IMG/VR virus record: IMGVR_UViG_3300050821_009523
DNA length: 64,000 nt
Strand: one strand, 5' to 3'
Source of the DNA: a virus
Taxonomy: Duplodnaviria > Heunggongvirae > Uroviricota > Caudoviricetes
In this document: piece by piece, positions 44,377-54,172 of the stretch
How positions within the stretch are numbered: the stretch's first letter is position 1
How the letters are laid out: the number at the start of each line of letters is the position of its first letter
The notes under the pieces: generated by a model
What the model saw: the letters and a program-made list of their open reading frames with translations, nothing else
What the model was told of the DNA's origin: nothing
The model's database searches: none
Translations under genes and position numbers: made by a program

Positions 44377-45251
44377 ACGCCATGCTACAGCCGGACACGC
44401 ACCCCTATGTGGTGGACGCCCTAGAACTCGCAGGTATTCGGCTGGATGGCGGCACGCAACCGCGCGTGGCCTACGACGATAACACCGTCCTGTTTCTCTG
44501 CCACCAGATCCAGGCGAGTTACGACCGAGGAGGCGGCCTTCCGCCCATCGTGGTTTTCTTTGATGGCCGCGATCACTGGCTCGCCGACGGCTTCTACCGC
44601 GTCAAGGCAGCCATGCGCGCCAACCGCACCGCACTGCCGGCCAAGATCCACCCCGGCACGCAGCGCGATGCCATTCTGTATAGTTGCGCCGCCAACCTCC
44701 GGGGCGGCAAGCCGCGTGCCAATGCGGACAAAGCGCGCGCCGTGGACACGCTGCTGCACGACCCGGAATGGCGCAAGTGGAGCAACATGCGCATTGCGGA
44801 GCACTGCGGTGTATACCGTGGCTCTGTCGCCAAGCGTGCGGCCCTGCTTGGAATACCGCGCGCCATAGAACAGAGGCCCGCACCCCAACCGCCAAAGACC
44901 GGCAAGCGCAAGGCCGTCGAGATCGCTTTACGGCGCGACCCATTGGCTACCGGGCGTGCGATCGCTAGTGCGGCCGGTTGCAGCACGGAGCTTGTCCGCG
45001 ACGTCCGCCTAGCACTTGGCATTGCGCCGCCCCCCAACCGGCATGGCGCTAGCCCGAAGGCCCGCAGTGCACAGCTCGACAAGACAGTGCTCTCGATCGA
45101 GACCCATGCGGAGATGCTCGCCGCTTTGGATCTCGCGCCCATGGCCGGCGATCCGCGCTGTGCGCAATGGGTTAACCGCCTCAACAATACGATCGGCTTG
45201 GTGCGAAAGGTGCGCAACGCACTACAAGCCGCGAGCGGGAGGACGGCATGA
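44373..45251 (+). CDS. ParB/Sulfiredoxin-domain (ParB-like nuclease domain) protein (292 aa)
   Basis: GGLPPIVVFFDGRDHWLADGFYRVKAAMRAN resembles the ParB N-terminal box (PI.V...DG.Y.L..G.RR..AA). Confidence 0.55.
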   Translation: MNAMLQPDTHPYVVDALELAGIRLDGGTQPRVAYDDNTVLFLCHQIQASYDRGGGLPPIVVFFDGRDHWLADGFYRVKAAMRANRTALPAKIHPGTQRDAILYSCAANLRGGKPRANADKARAVDTLLHDPEWRKWSNMRIAEHCGVYRGSVAKRAALLGIPRAIEQRPAPQPPKTGKRKAVEIALRRDPLATGRAIASAAGCSTELVRDVRLALGIAPPPNRHGASPKARSAQLDKTVLSIETHAEMLAALDLAPMAGDPRCAQWVNRLNNTIGLVRKVRNALQAASGRTA

Positions 45252-46123
45252 CGGCAGCAGCAACACTCACCCACATCAAGCGGCCAGCGCCAGCGAAAAG
45301 GCCGGCGGCAGACGACACTACCGTATGGCTAAAGATCTGCGACCTGGAAATCGAGCCGCGCGCACAACGCCCCTACAGCGAAAAGCGCGCGCAGCGGTAC
45401 GCCAACGAGTTTGACCCTGACTATGTCGGTGTGCTGCAAATCTCCGAGCGCGAGGATGGCCGCCTGTACATCATCGACGGCCAGCACCGCGTAGGGGCGA
45501 TGCGCATCCTGGGTTGGGATGACCAACGGGCCGAATGCAAGGTGCACCGCGGGCTGACGCTCGCGGACGAGGCGCGGCTTTTCAACCATTACAACGACTT
45601 TGCACGCCCCACACGGTTCGATAACTTCATGGTGCGCATCACGGCGCGCGATCCGGACGCGGTGGCAATCGACGAGATCGTCCGCGGCATCGGCCTGTGC
45701 TGGCAGATGGGCGGCGAAATGGCCACAAAAGAGGGGCGCATCAGTTGCGTCGCGTCACTCGAAGGCGTCTATCGCGGCCTCAATTACAGCGCCAAGACGC
45801 GCCAGCCGATCGTGCTGCGCGATGTCTTGTTGCTCGCCAAGGGCGCTTGGGGCCTACAGCGCGACGCCTTTCGTGGTGAGATCGTCCAGGGGCTCGGCGC
45901 CTTCTTGCTGCGCTACGGCGCCAAGGTGGATAAGGAACACTTGCGCAAGCGGCTGGCAAGCGCGGACGGCGGCGCACTCGGGCTGATCGGCAAAGCCCGC
46001 ACGGTGCGCAGCCTAGAAGGAGGCGCCGTGGCATCAGGTTTCGCCAAGGTGCTGGTGTTGCTGTACAACAAGGGGCTCGGCCAAAACAAGCTGCCCGGCT
46101 GGCAGGGCGAGGAGTTGGGATGA
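45248..46123 (+). CDS. ParB/Srx-fold protein with a DGQHR motif (291 aa)
   Basis: LYIIDGQHRVGAMRILG. Confidence 0.55.
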   Translation: MTAAATLTHIKRPAPAKRPAADDTTVWLKICDLEIEPRAQRPYSEKRAQRYANEFDPDYVGVLQISEREDGRLYIIDGQHRVGAMRILGWDDQRAECKVHRGLTLADEARLFNHYNDFARPTRFDNFMVRITARDPDAVAIDEIVRGIGLCWQMGGEMATKEGRISCVASLEGVYRGLNYSAKTRQPIVLRDVLLLAKGAWGLQRDAFRGEIVQGLGAFLLRYGAKVDKEHLRKRLASADGGALGLIGKARTVRSLEGGAVASGFAKVLVLLYNKGLGQNKLPGWQGEELG

Positions 46124-48009
46124 AGGCAAGCGACGGTGCCAACACCAAGCGCAGCAAAACCTTCCGCGTCGAGGCTGTCGGCGGCGTGCGGTATGCCGAA
46201 GCGACCTTTGACGGCCCGGGCGTCTACGTGGTGCGCGGCCCGAATGGCGGCGGCAAGACGAGCTTTATCCGCGCGATCACCAAGACGCTCGGCGCCGATA
46301 CGCCGGTGGAAGTGCGGGACGGCGAGCCGGCCGGCCGGGTGGTGGGGCCGGGCGTTACGCTCAACATCCGGCAAGTGGCGCGGGCCAGCGGCAAGGCCGA
46401 GGTACAGTTGGCGGACTGCGGCCCGCTGGCGCGGTTGATCGACCCGCCCGTCAAGGGCGTAGAGCCGCGCGCCAGAGAGCGCATTGCGGCGCTATGCGCG
46501 CTTGTAGGGCTGCCGCTGACACAGGGGGCTGCCGAGACCCTATGCACGTATATTGAGGCGCCCACAGGGGCCGCTGGCGGCGGCGGCAAGCCCACCCGCA
46601 CGGTGGACGTTGCGCTGGTGCAATGGCTACTGGCCAGCAAGCCTGCCGACGTGCTGGCAGCGGCCGAGTTGCTGCGCGAGCAGTTGCAGGAGCGCGCGCG
46701 GCAGGCCGAGACAGACCGGGACCGGTGGGCTGGGCTACAACTGGCCGCAAGCGGGGAGATCGACCACGCAGAGGAAGAGATCCATGCGCTTGGCAGCGAC
46801 GGCCTACCGGAGCCGGACGTGGAGGCGGCCGAAGCCAAGGCACAGGTGGCGGCGCTCGCGTACGAGCGCGTTATGGCGAGCGCTGCCGTGCGGCAAGACG
46901 CCGAGTTTCGCATGCGCGCCATCCGCGAGGGGCGTGGCGAGCGGCCAGACATCGATGTCGCAAAGGCGGTGGCGGCCGAGGCAATGGCCGCATTGGAAGA
47001 CCAAGAAGCGCTAACGCAGGAGGCGCGAGACACGGCCGCGCGTCTGACCGGTAAAGCCGACGCGCTACGCACCAAGGCGGACGCCGGGTGGGATGCGCTC
47101 GCGCGCCCCGTGCAGGATTACGAGTGGCACGGTTTGCGCTTCGGCGAGGTCTGGGCCGGCCACCATTCGTCCGGAATGTTGGCCGATGCGGCCGGCAAGT
47201 TGCTCGAATCGGTCGAGCGCATCAAGCGCGCTGCTGGCGAGTGGGCGCTTGCCGAGGCTGCCGCGGTGGCGGCATACAGCGAGGCATCGGATGCTTCTAC
47301 GGCACGCGCGGCTGCGGAAACCAAACTGCTGGCAGCGCATGAGACTGCCGATGCGGCTAACCGTGCTGCGGAGAATGCGGCACAAGCCGCAGCCGTATGG
47401 GACCGCCAGACCGCCGAGATGGACAAACCGGTCAGCGGCGCCACCGAAGACGAGATGCGGGCCGCGAAAGGTGCGCTGGACGGCGCCAATTACGTCGTCA
47501 AGGTGCATGCCGCTAGTGCACGGCTACGGGCCGCGCAGAAAAAAGAGGACGAGACAGTACACTGGCGCGAGACGGCAACCGAGCGCGCGACAGCGCTCCG
47601 GCAAGCCGCGAAAGATGTGCACGTCCGTGTTGCGGAGTGCCTAGCGGCGCGGGGCGTGGATGAGCTGACCGTAACGCAGGGGCGGCTGCATTGGGTGGAC
47701 GCCGCCGGCAAGGGGCCAGATGGCACGGCCGAGACAGCACAGCCCGGCGCGCTGTGGGATTTCGAGACGCGGCTGTCGGATGGCCAGCGCGTGGCAATCG
47801 CCCTGCGCGTTGCGGCGCGTGCACTCGGCAGCGGGCCGGACAACTGGCCGCTACTTTCGTTGGAGCCGCGCTTCTGGCTGGCACTTGACCCGGAGGCGCA
47901 GGAGGAATTCAACCGGCAGGCCGTGACAGCAGGTTTGATCGTACTGACAGAGGAGCCGGCCGAGGGCCAGCCGGGCACGTTCTCCATTACGCGGATTGGA
48001 GGAGGCTAG
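46120..48009 (+). CDS. SMC / Rad50 / SbcC-like ABC ATPase with long coiled-coil (629 aa)
   Basis: Walker A GPNGGGKTS near the N-terminus. About 400 aa Ala/Glu/Arg-rich coiled-coil. C-terminal signature-like LSDGQRVAIAL and Walker B/D-loop LLSLEPRFWLALDPEA. Confidence 0.65.
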   Translation: MKASDGANTKRSKTFRVEAVGGVRYAEATFDGPGVYVVRGPNGGGKTSFIRAITKTLGADTPVEVRDGEPAGRVVGPGVTLNIRQVARASGKAEVQLADCGPLARLIDPPVKGVEPRARERIAALCALVGLPLTQGAAETLCTYIEAPTGAAGGGGKPTRTVDVALVQWLLASKPADVLAAAELLREQLQERARQAETDRDRWAGLQLAASGEIDHAEEEIHALGSDGLPEPDVEAAEAKAQVAALAYERVMASAAVRQDAEFRMRAIREGRGERPDIDVAKAVAAEAMAALEDQEALTQEARDTAARLTGKADALRTKADAGWDALARPVQDYEWHGLRFGEVWAGHHSSGMLADAAGKLLESVERIKRAAGEWALAEAAAVAAYSEASDASTARAAAETKLLAAHETADAANRAAENAAQAAAVWDRQTAEMDKPVSGATEDEMRAAKGALDGANYVVKVHAASARLRAAQKKEDETVHWRETATERATALRQAAKDVHVRVAECLAARGVDELTVTQGRLHWVDAAGKGPDGTAETAQPGALWDFETRLSDGQRVAIALRVAARALGSGPDNWPLLSLEPRFWLALDPEAQEEFNRQAVTAGLIVLTEEPAEGQPGTFSITRIGGG

Positions 48010-48012
48010 GAA

Positions 48013-48339
48013 ATGGACATGGGCATTACGATACGCGGCCACAGCGACGACATCGTATATGTCGAGGGTGACATCACGGAGGAGTTTTATCCCCGCATGC
48101 GGGACGACAAGCCGGCCTATCTAGCTTGTTCAGATGGGACGTTATTGCGTATTACTTATGGCGCCGACGGCAGCGGGTGCTGGCGTATCGTGCCGGTGCG
48201 ATATGGCACTTCGTACTACGCCAAGCGCGAGGCTACGGATGAGGACGAGGACTATTCCGATGTCGTGACGCTGATGGGCAGCATCGCATGGGTTGCGATG
48301 GCCGATCAGTACGCCGTGCCGGCGGGTGGTGCTGCATGA
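48013..48339 (+). CDS. Hypothetical protein (108 aa)
   Basis: RBS GGAGGctaggaaATG. Confidence 0.4.
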   Translation: MDMGITIRGHSDDIVYVEGDITEEFYPRMRDDKPAYLACSDGTLLRITYGADGSGCWRIVPVRYGTSYYAKREATDEDEDYSDVVTLMGSIAWVAMADQYAVPAGGAA

Positions 48340-48458
48340 CGCACGACACAACGGTGGGCCGCATGGGCACCCGCAACCGGCGTGACAACCTGATCCGTGC
48401 TGGCGCGCTTATCGTCGCGGAGATCGAGCGGCTGGACCGCGCCGGCATTTTGGAGTAA
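48336..48458 (+). CDS. Small protein (40 aa) MTHDTTVGRMGTRNRRDNLIRAGALIVAEIERLDRAGILE
   Basis: ATGA overlap with the upstream gene. Own translation. Confidence 0.3.
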   Translation: MTHDTTVGRMGTRNRRDNLIRAGALIVAEIERLDRAGILE

Positions 48459-48460
48459 CC

Positions 48461-48787
48461 ATGGCACTGCATCCAAAATACGACTTGACACTAGAGCAGG
48501 CCGCCAGACTGCTGGCGCGCGGCAGGTCGCTGTCACGCCTTGAGGCGGCGCAGATCGTCGGCGTCGTGGCCGAGCTAGCCAACATCCCCCTGCTGCGCAA
48601 CATCGTGTCGCCGCTCCTTGCGTTCGACAGCCCGTTGATCGATAGGTGCATGGAGGTGACGCTACAGCCCATCGCCACCAAGGCGTACGGCGTGGCATGC
48701 GACATATTCTCGGACAAAGATCAGGATAAATTCCTGGACATCATGGCCGACGTGGCCCACGCCCGCAACGGCGGCGTTGTGGAATGA
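48461..48787 (+). CDS. Hypothetical protein (108 aa)
   Basis: RBS GGAGTAACC. Confidence 0.4.
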   Translation: MALHPKYDLTLEQAARLLARGRSLSRLEAAQIVGVVAELANIPLLRNIVSPLLAFDSPLIDRCMEVTLQPIATKAYGVACDIFSDKDQDKFLDIMADVAHARNGGVVE

Positions 48788-49110
48788 GCGGCAGTGCGCC
48801 CATGACAGGCCCGCAGGTGCGCGCACTGCTGGCGCTGCAAACGGCTTGCGCTGCCAGCGCTAGCGGCCTTGTCTCTCCGCGAGAGATCGCCCATGCGCTG
48901 TGGCCCAACTCACCGGGCTGGGCCAAGCGCTCGTGGCGCAAGGGCAGCAATAACGGTGGTGCGCTGGGCGCCACCATGCCGATGAAGGCCGCCACGTTGC
49001 TGTGGCGGTTGTGGAAACGGCGTCTAGCTGCACCAGACCGACGCGGGCGCTGGCGCCTTACTGATTCTGGCGGCGCGCTAGCCCGGCAACTCATGGAGAA
49101 ACCGCGATGA
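48784..49110 (+). CDS. Hypothetical protein, possible winged-helix DNA-binding (108 aa)
   Basis: ATGA overlap. Basic, helical. Confidence 0.35.
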   Translation: MSGSAPMTGPQVRALLALQTACAASASGLVSPREIAHALWPNSPGWAKRSWRKGSNNGGALGATMPMKAATLLWRLWKRRLAAPDRRGRWRLTDSGGALARQLMEKPR

Positions 49111-49277
49111 CATATTTAAGGCACACACGAGAGGCGCAGCGGGAGTTGGACATAGAAATCGATCTGCTGGCCGCAAAGCTGATCCGCGAGCGGGGTTACG
49201 ACCAATCGGAGGCAATCCACGAGGCGCAGCGGCGCATCCGGGAGCGGCGCGAGCGGTGCGGCTACTGCGTAACTTGA
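49107..49277 (+). CDS. Small protein (56 aa) MTYLRHTREAQRELDIEIDLLAAKLIRERGYDQSEAIHEAQRRIRERRERCGYCVT
   Basis: ATGA overlap with the upstream gene. Own translation. Confidence 0.3.
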   Translation: MTYLRHTREAQRELDIEIDLLAAKLIRERGYDQSEAIHEAQRRIRERRERCGYCVT

Positions 49278-49347
49278 CTTGCGCCAGCCGCCTCGAACTG
49301 GTACACTCCGGCCGTAATAAACCAGACCAACCACGGGAGGAAAGCAG

Positions 49348-49656
49348 ATGGCCAAGAAAGCAACAAACGGAGAGGACGCGCCCAAGAGCGAGCCAGCAGC
49401 CAAGCGCAACAACAAGGCACTCGCCCTGCGGCGCAGGGGGTGGAGTTACACAGAAATTGCCGCGGAGCTCGGTCGCGCGGCCGACAGCACCAAGCCGGTG
49501 ACGCGCGATCGTGCTTGGCAAATGGTTGTGGATGGGCTGCGGGCCGAGGCGGCGGCAGCGGTCGAGCGCGGCGAGCCGGTGGCGGACGAAGCGGCGACGC
49601 TCAAGATCTTGAACGCAAAGGCCCGCAAGCGGGCCGCTGCGCAAGCGGGGGCGTGA
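49348..49656 (+). CDS. HTH DNA-binding protein, sigma-70 region-4 / LuxR-like (102 aa)
   Basis: LALRRRGWSYTEIAAELGRA motif. Preceded by an AT-richer 70-bp gap with a TTGACT hexamer and a GGGAGG RBS. Confidence 0.45.
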   Translation: MAKKATNGEDAPKSEPAAKRNNKALALRRRGWSYTEIAAELGRAADSTKPVTRDRAWQMVVDGLRAEAAAAVERGEPVADEAATLKILNAKARKRAAAQAGA

Positions 49657-49937
49657 TGGCCGCACCGGTAGCGGTGGCATACCCTGCTGGGGCGCCACGA
49701 AAGAAGATCGACCTGCTGCGCGGTTATATGTCAGCGGGCTCTTGGCATGCGGCATTGCACATGGCCGCGCGTTTCCCGCGCCTCGGCGGACACAAGGTCC
49801 GCATTACGCGCGCTTGGGACGCGCTCGCAAACCCACGAATCTACCGCGAGATGGGCCGAGACGTGGACGCGCTCGTAGCGGACGGCATCGCTGCGCTCAA
49901 GGAGCGCTACGGGGATTGCCGGAATGTTACCGTTTGA
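49656..49937 (+). CDS. Hypothetical protein (93 aa)
   Basis: ATGA overlap with the upstream gene. Confidence 0.35.
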   Translation: MAAPVAVAYPAGAPRKKIDLLRGYMSAGSWHAALHMAARFPRLGGHKVRITRAWDALANPRIYREMGRDVDALVADGIAALKERYGDCRNVTV

Positions 49938-50727
49938 AACAGTTACGGCGGCACCGGCGCCGTCCCTAACGCCTGTCGAAAAAATCGGCGACATATGGGT
50001 GAAACGCGACGACCTCTATACCTTTGGTGGCGTCTGCGGCGGAAAGGTGCGCACCTGTGTGGCACTTGCCAGCGGCGCAACAGGGGGCCTTGTGACGGCC
50101 GGGTCCCGCAGCAGTCCGCAGGTCAATATCGTGGCGCATGTGGCCGCCGCCATGGGTTTGCCCGCGTGCGTGCATACACCCGCGGGCAAACTATCGCCAG
50201 AGGTGGAGGCAGCGGTGGCGGCCGGCGCAGCGCTCGTACAGCATACGGCTGGCTACAATAACGTGATAATTGCGCGGGCGCGGGACTGCGCCAAGGTTAG
50301 GGGCTGGTGTCTTATTCCTTTTGGGATGGAGTGCGCGGCGGCAATCGAAAACACTGCTGCACAGGTAGCAAATGTGCCGGCTGGCGTCAAGCGCATCGTC
50401 GTGCCGGTTGGGAGCGGTATGTCGCTCATTGGCATACTCCACGGCTTGCGGAACGCCGGGCGGCTGGTACCGATACTTGGTGTCGTGGTTGGTGCCGATC
50501 CGGCGGCTCGCCTTACGCGGACAGCGGCGTGGTGGCAGTGTGGAGCGCCATTCGAGATCTTTAAGGCACCTGTTCCCTATTCTCGGTCCGTATCCAGGAG
50601 CCTCGGGGCAATAACCCTCGACCCGATTTACGAAGCGAAGTGCGTGGACTATTTGCGTGCAGGCGATCTATTCTGGATTGTCGGTATTAGGCAAACGGCA
50701 CTGGCGCAGGGTGTGGCGGCTGCATGA
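49924..50727 (+). CDS. PLP-dependent enzyme of the ACC deaminase / D-cysteine desulfhydrase family (fold type II), 267 aa
   Basis: IWVKRDDLYTFGGVCGGKVRTCVALASGATGGLVTAGSRSSPQVNIVAHVAAAMGLPACVH aligns with DcyD [64 protein letters not shown]. The PLP Lys is in the GGK context. Confidence 0.65.
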   Translation: MLPFETVTAAPAPSLTPVEKIGDIWVKRDDLYTFGGVCGGKVRTCVALASGATGGLVTAGSRSSPQVNIVAHVAAAMGLPACVHTPAGKLSPEVEAAVAAGAALVQHTAGYNNVIIARARDCAKVRGWCLIPFGMECAAAIENTAAQVANVPAGVKRIVVPVGSGMSLIGILHGLRNAGRLVPILGVVVGADPAARLTRTAAWWQCGAPFEIFKAPVPYSRSVSRSLGAITLDPIYEAKCVDYLRAGDLFWIVGIRQTALAQGVAAA

Positions 50728-52070
50728 CGTTGTTTCTTCCGGGGCTTGAACCCGGCAGCGCCCAGGAGATCGCCGATCGCAAACTCGCTACCCGCTTCGG
50801 AGTTCCGCCCTTCACCGTGCTGGACGCGCGGCAGGGCTATTGGCGGCAACGAAAAAACGCATGGCTGCAACTCGGCATCCAGAGCGAGATAGGACGTGGC
50901 TTCAATCTCCCGAGCCAATCCAGTGATGGTGATCCGGCCATGCGCACTTTTGATACTGAATACAAGGGTGGCGACGCATGGGCTGGCCGCGGCGCATTCT
51001 GGGGCGGCGCTATGGCGGACGGACGCGCGATCTTTCGCAGTGCCGTGGATGGCGCCAACAGAGAGCATCCCGCGACGCAGCGCAAGCGTGCTGGTGCATT
51101 CCACGATCCCGGATCGCGCGCGTCTAATTACACATCAGCATTCGACATTAACGGCCCCGACGGTAGAAGGCGATTGGATAGGGAGGAGATTGCCGCACAG
51201 GGCAGCAGCGGCCTCTCTGGCCTAACGTATGGCGCAGCGCCAGCAGCCGCTTTCGACTACTACCGCGTCAAAGAGGGCGCCAAAGAGAGCAGTACGGTGT
51301 CAGGCACCAGCGTCTTCGACCCTGTACTGTGCGAGCTTTTCTACAGTTGGTTTACGCCGCCCGGCAGCACGGTGCTGGACCCCTTTGCCGGCGGCAGCGT
51401 GCGCGGCATAGTGGCGTCGCGTCTAGGGCGCCGGTACGTTGGCATCGAGCTGCGCGAGGAGCAACTGGACGCAAACCAAGAGCAGGCGTGCGATATCTGC
51501 CGGACAGATGATCCGGTCCCGCGGTGGCTGCTGGGCGATGCGCGGGAGGTGGCGGCGCTCGCCGGCAGCATGGGGCCTTACGGAGCTGTCTTCGGATGCC
51601 CGCCTTATGGGAATCTCGAGCGCTACAGCGACGACGAGCGCGACCTATCTACGCTGGATTGGCCCGAGTTTGCAGCTGAGTACCGCAAGGTGATCGCCGC
51701 ATGTTGTGCACTGTTGGCGCCCAACCGTTTCGCGGCCTTCTGCGTGGGTGACTTTCGGGACAAGGCAGGCGCTTACCGCTGCTTCCCTGAATACACAGCG
51801 GCGTGCTTTGCCGCCGCAGGGCTCACGAAATACAACCATTTTATTCTCGTGACGCCGGCCGGTAGCTTGCCGCTGCGCGTGGGTGCACAGTTCTCTGCTG
51901 GCCGCAAGGCCGGCACCAGCCACCAGCATTTGCTCGTGTTCGTCAAAGGTGATGGCCGTGCGGCTGCCGATGCGTGCGGGCCGGTGGACGTGAATCTCGA
52001 TTGGGTGCGGCAGGAAACAGATGCCGGCGAGACGGAGCCGGAAACCGAGGACGCGCCGTGCACGACCTGA
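50724..52070 (+). CDS. DNA methyltransferase (amino-MTase; N6-adenine or N4-cytosine), 448 aa with an N-terminal extra domain
   Basis: Motif I-like VLDPFAGGSVRG, then motif IV-like FGCPPYGN. Start overlaps the PLP-enzyme stop. Confidence 0.55.
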   Translation: MTLFLPGLEPGSAQEIADRKLATRFGVPPFTVLDARQGYWRQRKNAWLQLGIQSEIGRGFNLPSQSSDGDPAMRTFDTEYKGGDAWAGRGAFWGGAMADGRAIFRSAVDGANREHPATQRKRAGAFHDPGSRASNYTSAFDINGPDGRRRLDREEIAAQGSSGLSGLTYGAAPAAAFDYYRVKEGAKESSTVSGTSVFDPVLCELFYSWFTPPGSTVLDPFAGGSVRGIVASRLGRRYVGIELREEQLDANQEQACDICRTDDPVPRWLLGDAREVAALAGSMGPYGAVFGCPPYGNLERYSDDERDLSTLDWPEFAAEYRKVIAACCALLAPNRFAAFCVGDFRDKAGAYRCFPEYTAACFAAAGLTKYNHFILVTPAGSLPLRVGAQFSAGRKAGTSHQHLLVFVKGDGRAAADACGPVDVNLDWVRQETDAGETEPETEDAPCTT

Positions 52071-52183
52071 CGCCTGTCGAAACCTATGGCGTTGGCGACG
52101 CCCGGTGGTGCGCCAAGCGCGAGGATCTGCCATGCCTGCGAAATGCACCGCAGAGATCAGGCGCATGCAGCACGAGGAGGCTT

Positions 52184-52393
52184 ATGACAACAGCTAGTTG
52201 GGGGCTTGATAGCCATAGCCATGTTGCGTCCTTTCGCGTCAAGGGCCGGCGCCGCGGCAGCTTGGTACCGCGCTGTATCTGCGGGCACACCTACGGCGAG
52301 CACATACCGCTGCCAGGCCATCCCGATGGCGTCGAAGAATGCCAAGCTGCCCGCTGCACATGCGGACAGTGGCGCCCGGAGGTACTGCGGTGA
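52184..52393 (+). CDS. Small Cys/His-rich putative zinc-binding protein (69 aa)
   Basis: RBS AGGAGG, 5 nt, ATG 52184. CICGHTYGEH...CQAARCTCGQW. Confidence 0.4.
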   Translation: MTTASWGLDSHSHVASFRVKGRRRGSLVPRCICGHTYGEHIPLPGHPDGVEECQAARCTCGQWRPEVLR

Positions 52394-53280
52394 GCTTTCC
52401 CCCCGTGCCGCCCCCATTGTGGAGGCCGGACAATCGCGAATATCACGCTGACACAAGCCGCTGGTCGGCCTCGATGCTGCGCACCTTTCGGGAGTCGCCC
52501 GCCATGGCGTACGGGCGCTACATTGCGAAAGACATACCGCCCGAGCCACCAACGCCCAGCCTGATCACTGGCTCGATCGCCAACATCCTACTGCTCGAAC
52601 CGCAGCGCGTGGACGAGCTGATCGCGATTGCGGACTGCAAGACGCGCGGTGCTGCCGCGTTCAAGGCGATCAAGGACGGCGACAGGCTGGCCGTCACGGC
52701 GCAGGAATACGAGGAGGCGCTGGGCATTGCTGCCGCTATCCGGGTGCCGCGCACCAAGGCGGCCGAGGTGGCGCAAGCCCTGCTGATGGGGCCGGGGCAC
52801 AGCGAATATGCACACCGCTGGGATGACGCCAGCGGACTAGCGTGCAAGTGCATGGTTGACAGGTTGGCGCCGCTGCCGTCCGGCGAGCCGGTGCTGGTGG
52901 AGCTAAAAACCACAACCGATCCGCGCGACGAGCCGTTTGCCGCTACCGTTACGCGTTACGGCTACGACGCGCAAGCAGCATTCAACCTGCGCGGCATCCA
53001 GCATGCGCTCGGCGGCTACATGCCGCGCTTCTTTTGGATCGCGGTACGAAACGAGCCGCCGTACGAGGTATATGTCTCGCAACTAAGCGCGGAGTTTTAT
53101 GCGTCTGGTGAGCAGCAAATTGAGCGCGACATCGCCGGCATTGTAAAGTGCCTGCGGGGCGACGCGCCGTGGTGCAGCGGGGAAGAAACTCTGCGCGACG
53201 GCATCAAACCGTTGATGCCGCCCGCATGGCGGCTGCGCGAGCTGTACCGCGACATGCGCCACACGGTTGACAACTTTTAG
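52391..53280 (+). CDS. PD-(D/E)XK exonuclease, YqaJ / lambda-Exo-like (about 296 aa)
   Basis: D...VELKTT catalytic-like block. Paired downstream with a candidate annealing protein. GTG start overlapping the upstream stop. Confidence 0.5.
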
Positions 53281-53302
53281 GACACCGGCACGGGAGGCCA
53301 AA

Positions 53303-54154
53303 ATGTCAAAGCCAAAGCTAGTAACCCAGAAGCCGCAACAAGTCGCGCAGGCGGATGATCCGGTGCAGACAGAAAGGCGCGTCATTACGCCAGCGCAAGC
53401 CCTTGAGTGGCTTTCTCAAAAGGCGCCCAACCGGACGCTATCCAAGCCGCTCGTGGGCCGAATGGCACGCGATATGTCCGCCGGCAGGTGGAAGATTACC
53501 CACCAAGGGATCGCCTTTGGTGGAGATGGGCGCCTCATCGACGGCCAGCACCGCCTCGCGGCGATCGTTGCAGCCGATGTGCCAGTGGAAATGCTTGTCA
53601 CGGTGGGCTTGAACGAGGGTACGCAAGTGCTGATCGATGACCACCGGCGCCGTGCCCTACACGATATCTTGAGAATGCAGATGGGCGAGGCGGTATCGAC
53701 GCTCGATACTGCGGTCCTGCGCTTAGTCCTGTCCGCCCCCGGCGCGCCTGACTACGTAAAGACAAAGGCAGAGTTGGTGCCGGAGTGGCCGCGTTATGTG
53801 GAGGCTGTGCAGTTCGCTACCCGCGCCCACACAGGCCCCGCCGCTGGCATTCGCGTCGCGCCAGTGCTAGCGCCTGTGGCGCGCGCCTACTTGACGCATG
53901 AACATGCGCGGCTGGCGTGCTTCCTGCGGGTGGTGATGACTGGCATACCAGAACAAGTCCCCGACGACACGGCTGCGCTAAAGCTCCACAACTGGCTGTT
54001 GAATAACCGCGCCGCCAAACGAAAGGCCTCTACTGAAAGCCTCTATTTCATGAGCCAGACCGCGCTGCGGCACTTCCTTGACCGCAGAGACATCCGGCAG
54101 TTGCGTGAAACGAGAGATGATCTCTTTCCTGTGCCGAAAGCTGTAAACTCATAA
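53303..54154 (+). CDS. Third ParB/Srx-fold protein with a DGQHR motif (283 aa)
   Basis: GGDGRLIDGQHRLAAIVAADVP. RBS GGGAGG before ATG 53303. Confidence 0.5.
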   Translation: MSKPKLVTQKPQQVAQADDPVQTERRVITPAQALEWLSQKAPNRTLSKPLVGRMARDMSAGRWKITHQGIAFGGDGRLIDGQHRLAAIVAADVPVEMLVTVGLNEGTQVLIDDHRRRALHDILRMQMGEAVSTLDTAVLRLVLSAPGAPDYVKTKAELVPEWPRYVEAVQFATRAHTGPAAGIRVAPVLAPVARAYLTHEHARLACFLRVVMTGIPEQVPDDTAALKLHNWLLNNRAAKRKASTESLYFMSQTALRHFLDRRDIRQLRETRDDLFPVPKAVNS

Positions 54155-54172
54155 GCAAAGAAGCAGACGAAG

